Below, in pieces: positions 50,340 through 63,680 of a stretch of DNA of 64,000 bases. The DNA lies in contig NC_087438.1 in the NCBI RefSeq assembly GCF_036321535.1, forward strand, positions 2,978,001 to 3,042,000, written 5' to 3'. Below the pieces are notes generated by a model. It was not told the DNA's origin and searched no databases. It saw nothing but the letters and a program-made list of their open reading frames with translations. This stretch comes from Camelus dromedarius. Lineage: Eukaryota. How positions within the stretch are numbered: position 1 is the stretch's first letter; each line of letters starts with the position of its first letter. The translations under genes were made by a program, and so were the position numbers.

Positions 50340-51330
50340 TAAAACCTCAAGAAAATTTAGAAGTATGATTCAAATAATTGTTCTTGAAACATTTGAAAAG
50401 AACTTACTAATCCCATGTTCCATCATGTGTGACTATTTAATTATGCGCTTTCTATCAAAAAGAGACCCTCTCCTATTGGTGGGATATACAGCCATCAAAA
50501 TCAGGAAACCAACCATAAGATGCTACTGCCCTCTGATCCTCCAATCATTTTTATATTTCATGGATTGTCTCCATATATATATATATATTTAACATAAGGG
50601 TGGGTCCATTTCAGAAAGCTGTGCTGCGTTTGACTGGCATGTGTCAGTCTTTCCATGATTATAATGAACTGACGCTTGCTGGGGTTTCAGGCCATTTGTT
50701 TTGTAGACTGGTACCCAGTTTGGGTTTGTCCAAAGTGGTTTGAAACCATACACATATCCCCTCCTTCGTTAAATGCCTTATTTAAGTACATCTCTGTGTG
50801 CTCATGGTTTCCCATTGTACAGTGTCGTTGTATCCTGCTGTCATTATGTGTTTTGATGCTGAAGTCGGGTGAGTGGCCCCTGGTCTTTTATGCACATAAT
50901 CTTCTTGAGCACGTCCCTGCTTTTTGCTACAAGGTATTCTAGGCTCATCTGTGTATCCTCTGCTCCAAACCCAGAACCAGCCATTTCTCCAAAGTTCTTC
51001 TTAGTGGAAAATGGTGTTTAGAAGTTGAGGTCTAGGCATTTGATCCGTTCCACTGCTGTTAGCACCTTGCTCCTCCCAGCTCATCTCAGTGCACAGAGCT
51101 GCGGAATGTGCAGACGGACACGCGCATACACTTGCACGCGCACAAATGCATTCACACCATCTATGTCTACGTCTCTGTTTCTTGGAATCCGTAGCATCAC
51201 CAATTCCAGTAGAATGCTCAGGTTCATCCTGGTCTCTTCCTATTTTAATTCCCTCACCTGATGGTGAGAAGGCGGGCTGCGAGTCTCCTTAGTGCGTTTA
51301 CATATTTGATGAATCTCCCACATGAATCCA
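50340..51330 (-). mobile_element. L1MC4/5-like 3' UTR fragments
   Basis: ttgagcacgtccctgctttttgctacaaggtattctaggctcatct..cagccatttctccaaag..gtggaaaatggtgtttagaa. Confidence 0.7.
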
Positions 51331-51769
51331 GCCTCCCAGCTCTGCTGACGCCGTCACTGGCCCATGAAGATGCTCTTCTCTCCTGTCTGGTGTCTGACTC
51401 CCCCCGCTCATGGCTGCCTCCTGGTGTTGGCACCTTCCACACCTCTCTTCAGATACGCCAAGCTAGGCCGGCGGCACCTTGCACAGATGTTCACAGCTTC
51501 CTGCCTGCTCTTCCCACATCATGAGGGCTCTAGGCAGAACTATTTGCGAAGCACAGAGAAGGGCAGAGAGGGAGAGAGGAAGAGTAGGAGGAAGGGGAAG
51601 AGCACCCACCACGTCTGAAGGTGGAGTTCTGGGTGATGGGGTTTTATATGGGGTCCTGTAAAAGGAAGCAAAGTGCAAATGGTGCTGTTGAGCACGGCAT
51701 GCCCATGGGATGGTCCTTCCACATCACTGCCTCACCCTAGAGTTATAGTTATTTTGATGTTTTTCAAAA

Positions 51770-51975
51770 GTCCTTTTTAAAGAGCAGTTTAAGGTTTACA
51801 GAAAAATTCAAAGTCCCTAGTTTACATTAGGGTTCAGTGACTGTTGTATGTTCTATGAATTTGGAACAATGCATAATGACAGGTGTCAATCATGAGATTA
51901 TTCTACAGAGTATTTTCAATGCCCTAAAAATCCTTTGTGCTCCACCTGTTCATCTCCCTTCCCCCACCTCTGATT
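51770..51975 (-). mobile_element. L1MC1/2-like 3' end
   Basis: agagcagtttaaggtttacagaaaaatt; aaagtccctagtttacattagggttca; gccctaaaaatcctttgtgctcc. Confidence 0.8.
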
Positions 51976-52299
51976 ATTGATTTTTAACTGATGGCACATG
52001 CGTACAAGGTATTACTACCATTAGTGTTCGTAGTTGTAGCGGTAGTAGTGTTGGTGACGGTGAAGTAAATCACAGGTCTTTGGAAGATCTCCCTTCCCAC
52101 AGGACAGAAAGAAGCTACAATTCCTCGGTACAGAAGTTGTTGCCAAATTAAGAGTGGACAGAGCAGACTGGGGAAGTTCAGAGCACTTACACTGAGAGCC
52201 TTATTATGAAACTGGGCACATTGAATTGGACTTGCTGGTTCCATCTGTGTCATGGGGACAACCCCTGTGGCTACAGCTTCTGGCCCAGCTGCTGCTATA

Positions 52300-53660
52300 T
52301 GTTCTCACCTGTCCTGTCTTCAGACCTCCGGACTCAGAGAGGCATGGGCTTCTGATGTAACCCCATCTAGATGTCTAGTAGCATCACCAATGCAGGATGT
52401 TTTAACAACACTCTTGACATCCACACCCTGTTTCCCCTCCACCCCCAGTCCCTGCATCTCAGGCACCATGGTCCATGAGCTGTCCAAGTCCAAATCCTGG
52501 GGTCCATTCATCCTTGGGACTTCCTCTCACCCACTCCTCAGTTTAATTCCACCAGCGAATCATCTTTTTTTTTTTCCAGAACATGTTCTTACTCATTCTC
52601 CTCTCCATCTCCACTCATTTCACTACATGCAAGGCTACCTCTCCCTCACCTGAACGTTTGCAGTAACTTCTCCAGCTCCCACTCCCACTTGCCTACCACT
52701 CATTCCATGTGCAGCAGGCAACGTGCCCATGGAAAATGTAAACCCAGCCATGCTCACCGTTTAAAGCCATCCCAGGGCTTCCTAACACATGTGTAATGAA
52801 ATAAAAACTTCAGAGACAAAAAGTGTTGATTATCCAGTATGCCTTCTTATCAGGACAACTTTTTGGCTGGAATTAGAAATATATAAAACTTTTTTTTAAA
52901 ACCAAAACAAACTAACAATAACAAACAAACAAAAAAAAAAACCGAATTCCCAACTTCTTTTGTAATAAGGCGGCGGCCAGCCACATGAAAGAGTGCAGCT
53001 AATAATACAGGATTCTGCTAAAGAGTTTTGAATGAGCTTTAACTTTCCTGACACTGGTTTCACCCCACCTTGGTCACCTTCTTGTTTTTCCTGCACGACT
53101 ACAATGGTGTGGGTGTATCTATAGCAGCCCTGCTGGGACCTTGGAGTGAAGGTTACAAGAACTGCAGAGACCACATTCCGGAAATTCTGAGTCATTGGAG
53201 TGACACCAACAACTCTGCCTCCACCTTCAGACTTTCTGTTACCCAAGAACAGTAACCGCATGTATGTAGCTCACCGCACTCAAGTCTCTGAGGGTGATCA
53301 CTATACCTGCCCAATGAGGGCCTGTGTCTCCTTGTCCCATCAAGCTCTCCCGCCTCATTTTCTATACCCTCTGGGTGCTCAAGTCACATGTTTTCTCATG
53401 TTTGTATCAGGATCTCCCCTAAGGAGAAACCTCCACCCATACACACACTCATCCCCAAGCATCAACCTCTTGTCTTTTCTTGATAGCACTACTCACTTGA
53501 ATTTTTTAATGTTTGTCTTTTTATTACCTGAGACCTGTTTCTGGAGTGTAAACTTTATAGGGAAAGGAAGCTTTCATGAGCTGTTCTCACTGAACACCTG
53601 GTGCCCAGAACAATACTGGGAGGGGGGAAATACTTCCTGAAGGAACTGGATGAATGGATC
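52300..53660 (+). mobile_element. L2 3' region, interrupted by an MLT1-like LTR
   Basis: ccatctagatgtctagtagcatcacca; ctgttctcactgaacacctggtgcccagaacaatactgg..gatgaatgga (L2 tail). Confidence 0.7.
52940..53285 (+). mobile_element. Old MaLR LTR (MLT1K/L-like)
   Basis: atagcagccctgctgggaccttggagtgaag; ctccaccttcagactttctgttacccaagaa. Confidence 0.5.
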
Positions 53661-53939
53661 CAACTCTCAGGTGCAGTTTATTTAGTAATCAAGTTCATGA
53701 ACATGATACACAACTATATTGAAGTGTTCTCTTGGAATTTTACAATGAAAAAGATAATGCTCAAGTGGAAGTTCAGTATTTGGGTTCTCCTGGGTGGTAC
53801 CTTCTCTTCCCTCAGTCACATCCACGGGGGAAGGAAAGTCATAAACCCAAGATTTCTCGAGAGGATGAAATGAACAAGCCCAGTTTGCTGTGTTTGTCTG
53901 TTTTGTCTTTTCGTTTTTGTTGTTTTTGTTCTTATTGGT

Positions 53940-54890
53940 TGTTTGTTTTCTGTTTATCGTTGATAGTTTTCAGGGGAATTTCTGAAAGAAGGAGTAAGCC
54001 ATCAGTTTTGCTGCTGTTTTTGGACAAAACTGTTTCATCTATATTATACCTTAGTCACAACTTTTCTAAATTCAATATTTAATTTACTTTCATTGTTTCC
54101 TTACTTAGTACTATTATTATACAAAGTTTTAAAATAATTGCTTACATTTTAGTCTTTTATATTCTATTCTCTCAAAGTTGTTTATGGTCCTTAAGTTACC
54201 ATGGACTTTATTTTTTTGTTTACTTTTACTGTTTACTTTTGGTTTCTCTCAGGATTTTAATGTAGATGCTTAGTTCTTCTATTTATTTTTTCTTTTTTTT
54301 TCAAAATGTTATTTAAAGTTTAAAATGTATCTCCAATTTCTGTCTTAAATGTATCCTTAAAATCGTACATGTCTAAAGTTATTTGTCATTTTACTACAAA
54401 GTTTTCATAATTTCTCTTTTGTTTCTCTTTAATTCCAGGGTTACTTAATAATTGGTTTAGTGATTTCCAAATACATGAAAACTTTTTTTCTGGCTTTGAG
54501 ATGAGGGAACAAATATGATACTTAATTATTTAGAGTGCAATGATTCTTCTGTTGTCTGATTCATAGTTTACTTTGAAAATATACTAAGATGTACATTATT
54601 AATTTGTTAAATATAAATTTCTCTGTCCTTTTAGGTACAGCTTATTGACCTTGCTAATATCTTCTATATGTTTCTTATTTTTATTCTCTTGCTAATAGCA
54701 GTTAATTAAAGCAGTTAGTTAAGATCTATTTTTCTACTCATCTCTCCTAGCCTGTCTGTTCAGTTTTAAATTTAAAAGTTATACTTTTAATTAAAACTCT
54801 GTTGAAGATTTTTATATCTTCTGATAAATTGTTCTTTTCCAGTGTATAAAATCAATTTTGGTACCTTGTGATTTATTTCTTTAGCTGAGT
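53940..54890 (-). mobile_element. Highly degraded ancient L1 ORF2
   Basis: T-rich; tttatcgttgatagttttcagggg..ttttggacaaaact; tctttaattccagggttacttaata. Confidence 0.55.
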
Positions 54891-55179
54891 GATAATGAGA
54901 AATAATAAAGCAGCTGAAATAGATAATAACAAAGAATCAGAAGAAGACACAAATCAATGTGTCTACTCATTTTTAAATTGCCCTATATCACAGTGAAGGA
55001 AGAGAGTACTGCAGAACTTAAATTAAAACAAACAAACAAACAAAACAGAACAGGACTTGAGACTCAATATTTTTCAGAATGTGAGTGTTTACACACACAC
55101 ACACACACACACTAAAAACAGCCATGGTGCAGAAGAAAACTCAGTAGTAACATATCATCTAAAATTTGAATACTGTGAT

Positions 55180-55830
55180 TATTTATACAAAGGAAGATGT
55201 AACAGAAGTTTAAAATTTCCTGATAGTTTTGAACAAAAGGAAGGGAAAATACAAAGTAGAAACTAATTTGTCTCAGAAAGAAGTTTGAGAAAAAGGAAAG
55301 TGCGTATTATAAATTAAGACTAACTTACAAATTTCCTGTGATAGTACATACATAACTAGAGATGCAGTATTAGAAATAGAGAACATAAATAAAGAGCTAC
55401 AAAAATTAAGCAAATTAAGAATGTTATCTAAAGAATCAGAAATATGTGTGGAAGATATGCAAAGAGGATCTAACAGAGGTATAATAGGAGGAATTGCTGC
55501 CTTCCTCCAAGAGAAAAGCAAGTCATTGGAACAAAATTAATATTTAAAACTGTAACACATATCACACTTTCTTAGAATCAAAGAAAACTTGAATATACAT
55601 ATTAAAGTGCCTATCAAAGACCTCAAAAACTTTATCCAGAAAGATACTGTAATAAAACTGGTAAACTTTTTAAACTATGCAGAAAAATATATGAAACTCT
55701 GAATATAAAATCTAAGTTAACTATGAAGAAAGAGAATTAAGCTTCTCACAGATGCTTGACAGCAAATACGAAAATAAGAGAAGAATGGTGCATGAATAAG
55801 GAATGATTTGTCAAGAAAAAATATGCATGC
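55180..55830 (+). mobile_element. Ancient L1 ORF1-region fragment
   Basis: A-rich; aagaggatctaacagaggtataataggagg; aagaaaacttgaatatacatattaaagtgccta. Confidence 0.5.
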
Positions 55831-55859
55831 ACCCAGAGGAATATGATGCTGGTTTAAAA

Positions 55860-57890
55860 AAAAATAAGAAGAAAAGCACTATGATTGAGTGATGTTCCAT
55901 ACATATTTTAGGTCAGAAAAAAAATTACAAAGTGGTGTATTTATTATGCTACATTTTAGGAAAGAAAGAAGGTGAAAAAATAATGCACATATTTGTTTGT
56001 TTTTGAGGAAAGAAACTGTAGAAGACAAACCTAAAACAAGAAATAATTACAGAGTTGGGTAAATAAGAATGGATATCTAACCTCTGTAAGTATGACTTTT
56101 AATACAGTTCTGACATTTTAATCATGTCAATACTTCACACATTAACAGATGAAGTTAAATAAAAAAGAAACTTTAGTCTTTAGCAAAAATAAATGAACTA
56201 ATTATATGGTAGATGACTAACAACCATAAGATAAGAAGTAATTCAAATTATTTCTAACATGTCATTCATATTCTAACATATATCTTCAATAGAATATAAT
56301 TTAAGAAACAAAGATATTGCAAACAAATACTAAACTTCACTCAGTAGTTCTAATTTAATGATGATATTGTAATTTTGTCACTATTTTCTGCAGCTTGTAA
56401 GTGACAAATAACTAAATATGTTAATGATATCATGAACCAAGACTTTCAATATAAAAGAAAATAGATAAAAATGGAAAATCAGAAAAGTTAACAAAAATAC
56501 CTCTAATGTCAACATTTTTGGAAGTATGATTTCATGATTTACTTTGAAAAATGTATATTTGCTTAGCTTTGTCTCCTGAAGCAGCCTAGAAGCATTGCCA
56601 CCTGTAGCAATAAACACCTCTGGTGCCAAGAAGCTGAGTTTGAATTCCATTCACCACTAGGAAGAAACAGTATTCCTTAGACAAGGGCTAATGTCAATGT
56701 GCAGCAAGGTAAGTTCAATGCATTCAAAGATGGATGGGGTCGTATCAAAAGGGCACAGGGCTTGACTAAGGGAATCACAGTGGTTCAGCTGGAGAAACTT
56801 CAGGTGTTGGCAAAAATGATAACAGTAATTGAGTATAATGTGTGGAACAAATGAAAATCTATTAACCTTTCAAGTATATGAATAGGGGAAAAAACACATT
56901 GTCCACAATTACAGGTGACTATTATACCAACACTGCACTTTGAAGGATGGAAATTAAAAAGAAGGAGTTCTTTCCTCCCTCAAAATTTTAAATTCCTTCC
57001 TCAAAAATTCCTTCCTCAAAAATTGGAGATGTAGATGAGGTCAAGCTATCTTTTACACAATAATCTCAATTTGTACATATAGAAGCAGTGAATCATTTGG
57101 CAACCCCCCAGTAAAATGTTGGTTCAAGCAGGCATCACCAATGGATGCTAAATAGCTCAGGTGAACGGTTGTCACCACCTTAACCAAGTGATTAAATTTA
57201 GCATCACTAATAACACAGCAACCTGACAGGTGGCACCTCCTGATGTGCTGAAATGTCAAGTGTGTAACATGACACATGAGGTGTCCTTGCTAAAAATAGT
57301 GGCCACAAATGTAGACCCAACCTTCAGTTTACAGGGACGGTGAGAGCCAGAGAAATAAGGATCATCTAGGTAAGTGATACTGGGAGAAAACAGACAGACA
57401 AACCCAGAATATGGGGCCTCAAAATATCACTGCCTCTTCTTTCTAAAAAGTCAAAAAAGACTGTAGAGAGGAAGGTGCTCTTCTGAGCTTAAAAGACAAA
57501 AGAGGGACAGCGATGTAATGAATGCGCAGGCTTTGAATCTGAGCTGGGTAAAACCAGTTCTAAAACATCTGGAAAAAACAGAGAAGATTCACATGTGATC
57601 TGGGCTAAACTGATATTAGAGAATCAGGTTTGATTTTATTTGGTGTGACAGTGGGAAATTTGGCAGGTATGTGGTTATGTGTGATTTTGCAAAACATTAT
57701 CTATTAGTCTACCATTCTATTTATCTATCTAGATAAAGACATAAACTGAGATAGAGATACAGGTAGAGAAAAATAAAATGATAAACATTTTAAAATGTGG
57801 TAAAATGTTAATTGTTAAATCTAGGTGATTATTGCATTAGTTTTCTGCCTTTTCTGTAATTTCTAAAATTTTTATAATTAAAAAAATTAC
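55860..57890 (+). mobile_element. L1MC4/5-like long 3' UTR
   Basis: gcagcctagaagcattgccacctgtagcaataaacacctctggtgccaaga; ggcatcaccaatggatgctaaa; caccaccttaaccaagtgattaaatttagcatcactaataa. Confidence 0.75.
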
Positions 57891-58322
57891 ACATAAAGGC
57901 TATTTTCAATTCAGAATTGAATTTAGGTCTAATGAATATACAGTTTTAAAAGATTCAGTTTTAATCAAATGTTCTTTGTGGGCTTGTCCAAAAACTAAGA
58001 TTATTCAAATATGAAATATAATTTTATTAAAAGTTATCACTTCTACTGCCCATGTTAAAATCAAAGAAACTACCATGTGTTAAAAATTTGATTATATCAC
58101 AAAATTATTTTATGTCAATAGGTACCTTTCTCTTAATACATCATATAGACGTCATCACAGTATGCAATAAGTCGATAATCCCCACTGCGTTAAACTCTAG
58201 AAAATTCTAGGTGCTGCTGCCCCCAGCATTTGCCCTTCTTCTCTTCAAGCAACTGGTCTCTTTGACCCAGCTATTTATTTATCAAAGTACTATCTATCTT
58301 TTTACAATCCTGACATAATTCC

Positions 58323-58556
58323 TTCTTTTCTTTTAATTGAAGGATAGTCAGTTACAATGTGTCAATTTCTGGTGCACAGACTAATGTCCCAGTTGTGCAT
58401 ATACGTGTATATATTCATCTTCATATTCTTTTTCATGAAAGGTTATTACAGGATTTTAAATATAGTTCCCTGTGTTGTACAGAAGAAATTTTCTTTTTAT
58501 CTATTTTTATATATAGTGGTTAACATTTGCAAATCTCAAACTCCTAAATTTATCCT
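58323..58556 (-). mobile_element. Young L1 3' UTR fragment (type of 132-803)
   Basis: Reverse-complement match to about 565-800: atttgcaaatctcaaactcctaaatttatcc; atagttccctgtg; ggttattacagg. Confidence 0.92.
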
Positions 58557-61399
58557 AAAAGAGTTGGCTCCAAGTGTTCGTTGAATTGCATTGGATTTCT
58601 AGAATGGAAACAACTCTGTGTGTATGTGTGTGTTCATGTGCACGCATGCACATGTGTGCCATACTTCTGACACTAAGTGAATATATTTCCAGATCCGTGG
58701 CAGTGAGTGACATGGGTGCGTGCACGTCAGCCTTCCCACAGTACGGAGACCGGTGTTTCTTTTTCCTTCCTGGGGGTTTCTAGTTATGGTCATGTAGTCA
58801 GAAACATTTACATTTTGAAGGTGAAGGCAGCTGACGTTCACTGGCATAATGGAAGTGACATTAATAACGTTAAATGTCATAACTCTTGACAACCAGATGC
58901 AAATGAGCACCTTACTAGCAAGCAAGGAAAAAAAAAAGAAATCCTTGAATATATCTTTTCTTTAAAGTGCATTGTTGAGTATTCGAAAAACTCTCCAACC
59001 AAGATGGAAGCCAGGAATCCAATTTGGGTGACCTCGCTAAGGTCCTCCAGGCACAAATTAGTCCTCCTTTCTAGCTGTAATCATCTATCTCCATGTATGA
59101 TTGAGGGCAGTTGTGATATTTACAACTATGCAAATCCTTCTCTTATTTATGCCTTTCCATTTAGATTTTGCTCCCGTTTTTCCTTAATCTTTTATTTTTT
59201 CTTCAGTGCCGATGTGACTGGCAGGTAGAGGGACACTGCACACTGCCAGACCTTGCTCTCTTTTCCTTTGCTCAGAAACATAACAAAGGTGCTTTCAGAC
59301 CTAAATGAAGCAAGTCCTCACATCCTTTCCCTGTTGTCACAACAGATTTAGCAGACCCTCTGATGTGGTTCCCACATCTCCCTCGCCTTGTCAGGGGGTT
59401 GCCATCATTTAGAAAGGTACACAGCATTTTGAAAGGATTAGAGGATAAAACACAACTCAATCCTTTATAAAAGAGCGGCAGAGGGAGTGGGGAGAGGGAG
59501 AAATGTCAGATGTTGCAGAACGATTGGACAAGAATGCCACGTACAAAGGGAACCCGCAAGCAGAGAGCACTTCTGTCCTAGGGGCGGAAGGAGGGAGAGG
59601 TGGCATTTGACAAATATTTACTCCCACAGAGGAGGCATTGGGTGGGAAAGGCCCACAAGTGGGTTATGACAATGTCAAAAGGAGACAGAATAAAGCAGAA
59701 TCAAGAACTCAGTGGACACTCATTGCATCCAGTGTTTGTTTGTTTTTTCCCCAACACTGGAGGGAAACGGGTAAAATCCATCCTTTGTAATGAAAGGGGG
59801 GAAAGTCAAATTGTCCCTGTGAGGGCAGAGTGGGGTGAGCTTGGCCGGGAGCCTGATGTGGGCGGAACTCAGCTCCCTGTCTTCCGAATCCACAGGACCC
59901 CTGGAAGGCAGCGTTCAGGTGCCGGAGGGATTCGTGCAGCCTAACCCTCCGTTTTAGAGGTGAGCAGTCAGAGCTCTGGGAGGTGTGGCACCAGCACACA
60001 GACAGTTAACGTGAACGGCAGAGTCTAGGTTACCTCCCCTTCGCCACCTCCTTCCCCTGCATCTTTGTCCTGCTCCAGACTCCAGCCCTCTGAAGATGCA
60101 CAGAGCACAGCCTCCCTCCTGCCTCTGCTTTCACTTCTGCTTTCATCCCACAACCATTGTAACCACAAAAAAACTTTCTCTCTTCTCAGAATAATTACAC
60201 AAAAAGCAAATCATGCATTAAAATCCTTGGATCTTATAATACAAAACAATTACCAACCTATTAATAGATTTCAAAGGAATCAGACACTGAAGACCAACCT
60301 ACCCAACTGATTTCCCCTAAAACAGTATTTATTTGGATACATTTGTATGTATTTTTAGCATTTGCAAAACACAGTTATGGGAAGGAAAGACAAAAAGGGG
60401 AATCCCCCGATTAAATGTGGGAAAACATCCACAGTGAATGTGTTATTACAGGTGCTACCAGAGCAGTGATTACTCCAAACCAGAGGAAAGCTAGCATTGA
60501 TCAAATTACGTGAGGGATTCAAAGAACTTCAAATTGATCTAAACTTGATGCACTTAGTATTCAAATCGCATTGGCCGGTGTTCAGACACATTCTTGGGTA
60601 AATGAAAGTGTTATTTAACTTGCTGTTCTAGACTCATTAGCTAGGTGAGTGCATGTCTTGTTTTACTCCAAAAGCTGTGAGAGGAGAGAGGCCAAAGGGA
60701 AACTGAAATACTTCCACTTTAAAAGGTACATGTAGGTGCTGGCTTAAAGACATCAGTATGGATCTCTGTGTAGGTGTGTGTACATATGCGTACAGAGGGA
60801 CAGATGCTGAAATGATTACAGACATGCAGTGTGCAGCGAGGAAGTGTGGAGTCACTGACAGCCTGGAAGCGACAGGCTCACAAGCACCCAGGCTGTCTTC
60901 TAAGTATCACTTTCCAATTAAAAAAAAAAATCAAGACTCCTTGAAAAAAAATGGCTGATTCTAGGGCTGAGGCAAGAAGAATACAGGCTGAGCCTGGAGT
61001 AAATATGTGCTCAAAAAAAAAAAAAAAAGAAAAAGAAAAAGTTGCCACATCTGAGGGACTCAAGAGTTAACCTAAAACTTGTCCCAACACCCAAAGCTGG
61101 ATCGAGTGGAACCATTGTATTGCATTATAGCTTCAAGGATGGAAGTAGCATCCAGGAATCCACACCACAAATGACTAAAATAATAGATAAATGCGGGAGA
61201 AGAGAAAAGTATCCTTTACAGAAAAATCCTGATGAATAGAGAAGGAGTGAGGGAAGTGAAAATTCACCATCAATGGGTACATTGCGGTAATGACCGCTGC
61301 AGACCAGACTCACCGATGAAGGCCGAAATCAGTGGGATAAGTTTTAAGGAGGAAGGGACACCTGCATGTTCTCAAATTATCTCCTCCAATATATTTAGT

Positions 61400-62420
61400 A
61401 ATTACTGTGGCTTCAACAAATGTCCACAAATTATCTGACACTCTCCTTCTTGCGGAGGAGTTTGATTCTTCTCCTCTTGGTTGTAGGTTGAGCCTAGTGA
61501 CTGGCTTCCATACTCTGTGAGTATGTAAAGGAAAAAAAATAGTATCATTTTAGTGGAAACATCTGGAAGGCTCCACCGTAACCAAGTGATCTGGGTTAGC
61601 AGGATGCAAGGAGAAAGGCACATGGCCTCTGGGATAGCCTCTCCCCAGACCCACACGATCGTGCTGATCATGAGACAGCAGTACCTTAACTTGGTACGAC
61701 TGCTATGATAAAGACATAGATTAAATCACTTCAACAACAGACATTTATTTTCTCACAGTTCTGAAGGCTGGAAATCCAAGATCAAGGTGTTGGCAGGGTT
61801 GGTTTCTCTTGAGATCTCTCTCCTCACTGTGTAGATGGCCCAGCTTCTCGCTGTGTCCTCGGGTGGTCATCCTTCTCTGTCTGTCTGTGTCTTAAGCTCC
61901 TCTTCTTATAAGGATGCCTGCCATAGGGACCACTCTAATGACTCCATTTTATCTTAGTCACCTCTTCTAAGGCCCTGTCTCCAAATATAGTCACATTCTG
62001 AGTAGTGAGAGAACTTCAGCATATGAATTTGAGGGGACACAGTTCAGCCCATGATAACGAGATAGACACAAACGGAGAAACATTCTCCAGAATAACCAGC
62101 CAGTGCTCTTAACAACTGCCCGTATTGTAAAATGTATGGATTAGAAGAGACTAAGACACACAGGACGAAATGCAACATGCAGTTCTGGGTTAATGCTGGA
62201 ACCAAAAACCAGTATTGGCTGGAAAAACTGGGAGAAAATATAGAAAATCCACAGTTCAGTTATTAGTATTAAATAAAGTTTAATTAATTTGTGTTTTCTA
62301 TTTATACCAGTATCATGTAAGATATTAATATTGAAGGAAGCTGAAAGATACAGGGAACTGTCTGTACTATCTTTGTAATTCTTCTGAAAATCCAAGATTA
62401 TTTCAAAATAAAAAGCTAAA
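61400..62420 (+). mobile_element. L1MD/L1MC-like 3' UTR split by an MLT1A LTR
   Basis: cctagtgactggcttcca..gtggaaacatctggaaggctccaccgtaaccaagtgatc; gggaactgtctgtactatctttgtaattcttctgaaaatccaagattatttcaaaataaaaag. Confidence 0.8.
61681..62057 (-). mobile_element. MaLR solo LTR, MLT1A-like
   Basis: caacagacatttattttctcacagttctgaaggctggaaatccaagatcaaggtgttggcagg..tctccaaatatagtcacatt..catatgaatttgaggggacacagttcagcccat. Confidence 0.9.
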
Positions 62421-62448
62421 AATAAGTTACTTCTATCTTAAAAATCAC

Positions 62449-62618
62449 CTAGCTTTATGGCACAGAGAAATATATACAAGACCTTGTGGTAGCTCACAGC
62501 AAAAATGAAAATGTGACAATGACTATGTGTATGTTCATGTGTAACTGAAAAATTGTGCTCTGCACTGGAATTTGACCCAACATTGTAAAATGACTGTAAC
62601 TCAATAAAAAAAATGTTA
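62449..62618 (+). mobile_element. Very short young L1 3' end with long direct-repeat flanks
   Basis: Reverse-complement match to about 33555-33710. Flanked by gttacttctatcttaaaaatcac at 62426-62448 and 62615-62637. Confidence 0.93.
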
Positions 62619-62814
62619 CTTCTATCTTAAAAATCACTTAACTTTACTTGAGAGAAGAAAATAAAACAAAACCGAGGAGAAATTAAACTCACAGATTATG
62701 TCTTCTTTTAATGTCTTTTCTATGCAAAGATTTTGTCTCCTTAATGACTTTTAAGTCCTCCTACATTTTTGATTTCTCAGTTTGAAAATGAGTTATGCAT
62801 TCTCTTAATTCTGC

Positions 62815-63680
62815 TGGCCATTCATCCCTTCATGTATTCAGGCTGCAGTCTTCAAGCATTTTTTAAGTACCTGCTATGCTCTTTGCATACAAAAAGATAA
62901 GAGCATGCTCTAATCATGGAGGTGTACATGACTGGGGGGTACTGTCTGGGGCACACGTGAGTGGTGAGGGAGGCCATCTGAAATCACCTCACCACTGCAG
63001 TGCAGTTAGAGATGTAGAGGTAAGAACAGGAGATATCCAAGCAAAGAGGAGGAAATGCTTTCCTCTGCCAGGAGAAGCATGGGTAAGAGTCCCCGAAAAA
63101 AGTGACATGAGACGAAGTTCCTACAGGGCATGGGAAAATGGGTGAACAATTCAGCGGGGAGGGAGAAATGTGCATGTGAAAAAGAGGCAAAAGCTCTTAG
63201 TAGATAATTGTCGAGAACTATAAGCAACTTGGTATCATTTAGGAAGAGAATTTTTGAGCAGAGGGACTAGGGAGAGATGAGGATGGATTACAAGGTAGGT
63301 GGAGAGAGGAGTGAGATCCTGAAAGGTGTTTCTAGCCATGGGGAGCATCCGGAACTGCTCTCATCTAGGGCATGAGATCTTGAGACAGCAGTCTGTAATG
63401 ATTCACAGTAAGAGAGCAGCAAGGATGAATGGAAAGGGCTGGTCTGGAGGAACCTCAGCCAATGAGAAGCCGGTTACCCTATCCAGGTTAGAGCCGCCAT
63501 AGCACGGCTTAGATGGGTCTGGGAAAAGGAGCCAAGGAAGACAGGCTTTAGGAGAGAACGAAATGTTGGGAGATGTTTAGCCAGTTAAAAACAATCAACA
63601 ATCAACAGTTATTCACCCATTGAATGAAAGGGCAGAGGGAGAGACACGATGCTAGGAATATTTTCAGATTTTTGTCTTTG
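62815..63680 (-). mobile_element. L2 LINE 3' region
   Basis: ttcatcccttcatgtattca..caagcattttttaagtacctgctatgc is an antisense L2 tail, followed by a GA-rich body. Confidence 0.7.

Noticed and set aside
56990..57024. 15-bp tandem duplication aaattccttcctcaa, about 2.3 copies
   Set aside because: An ordinary slippage duplication within an old L1.
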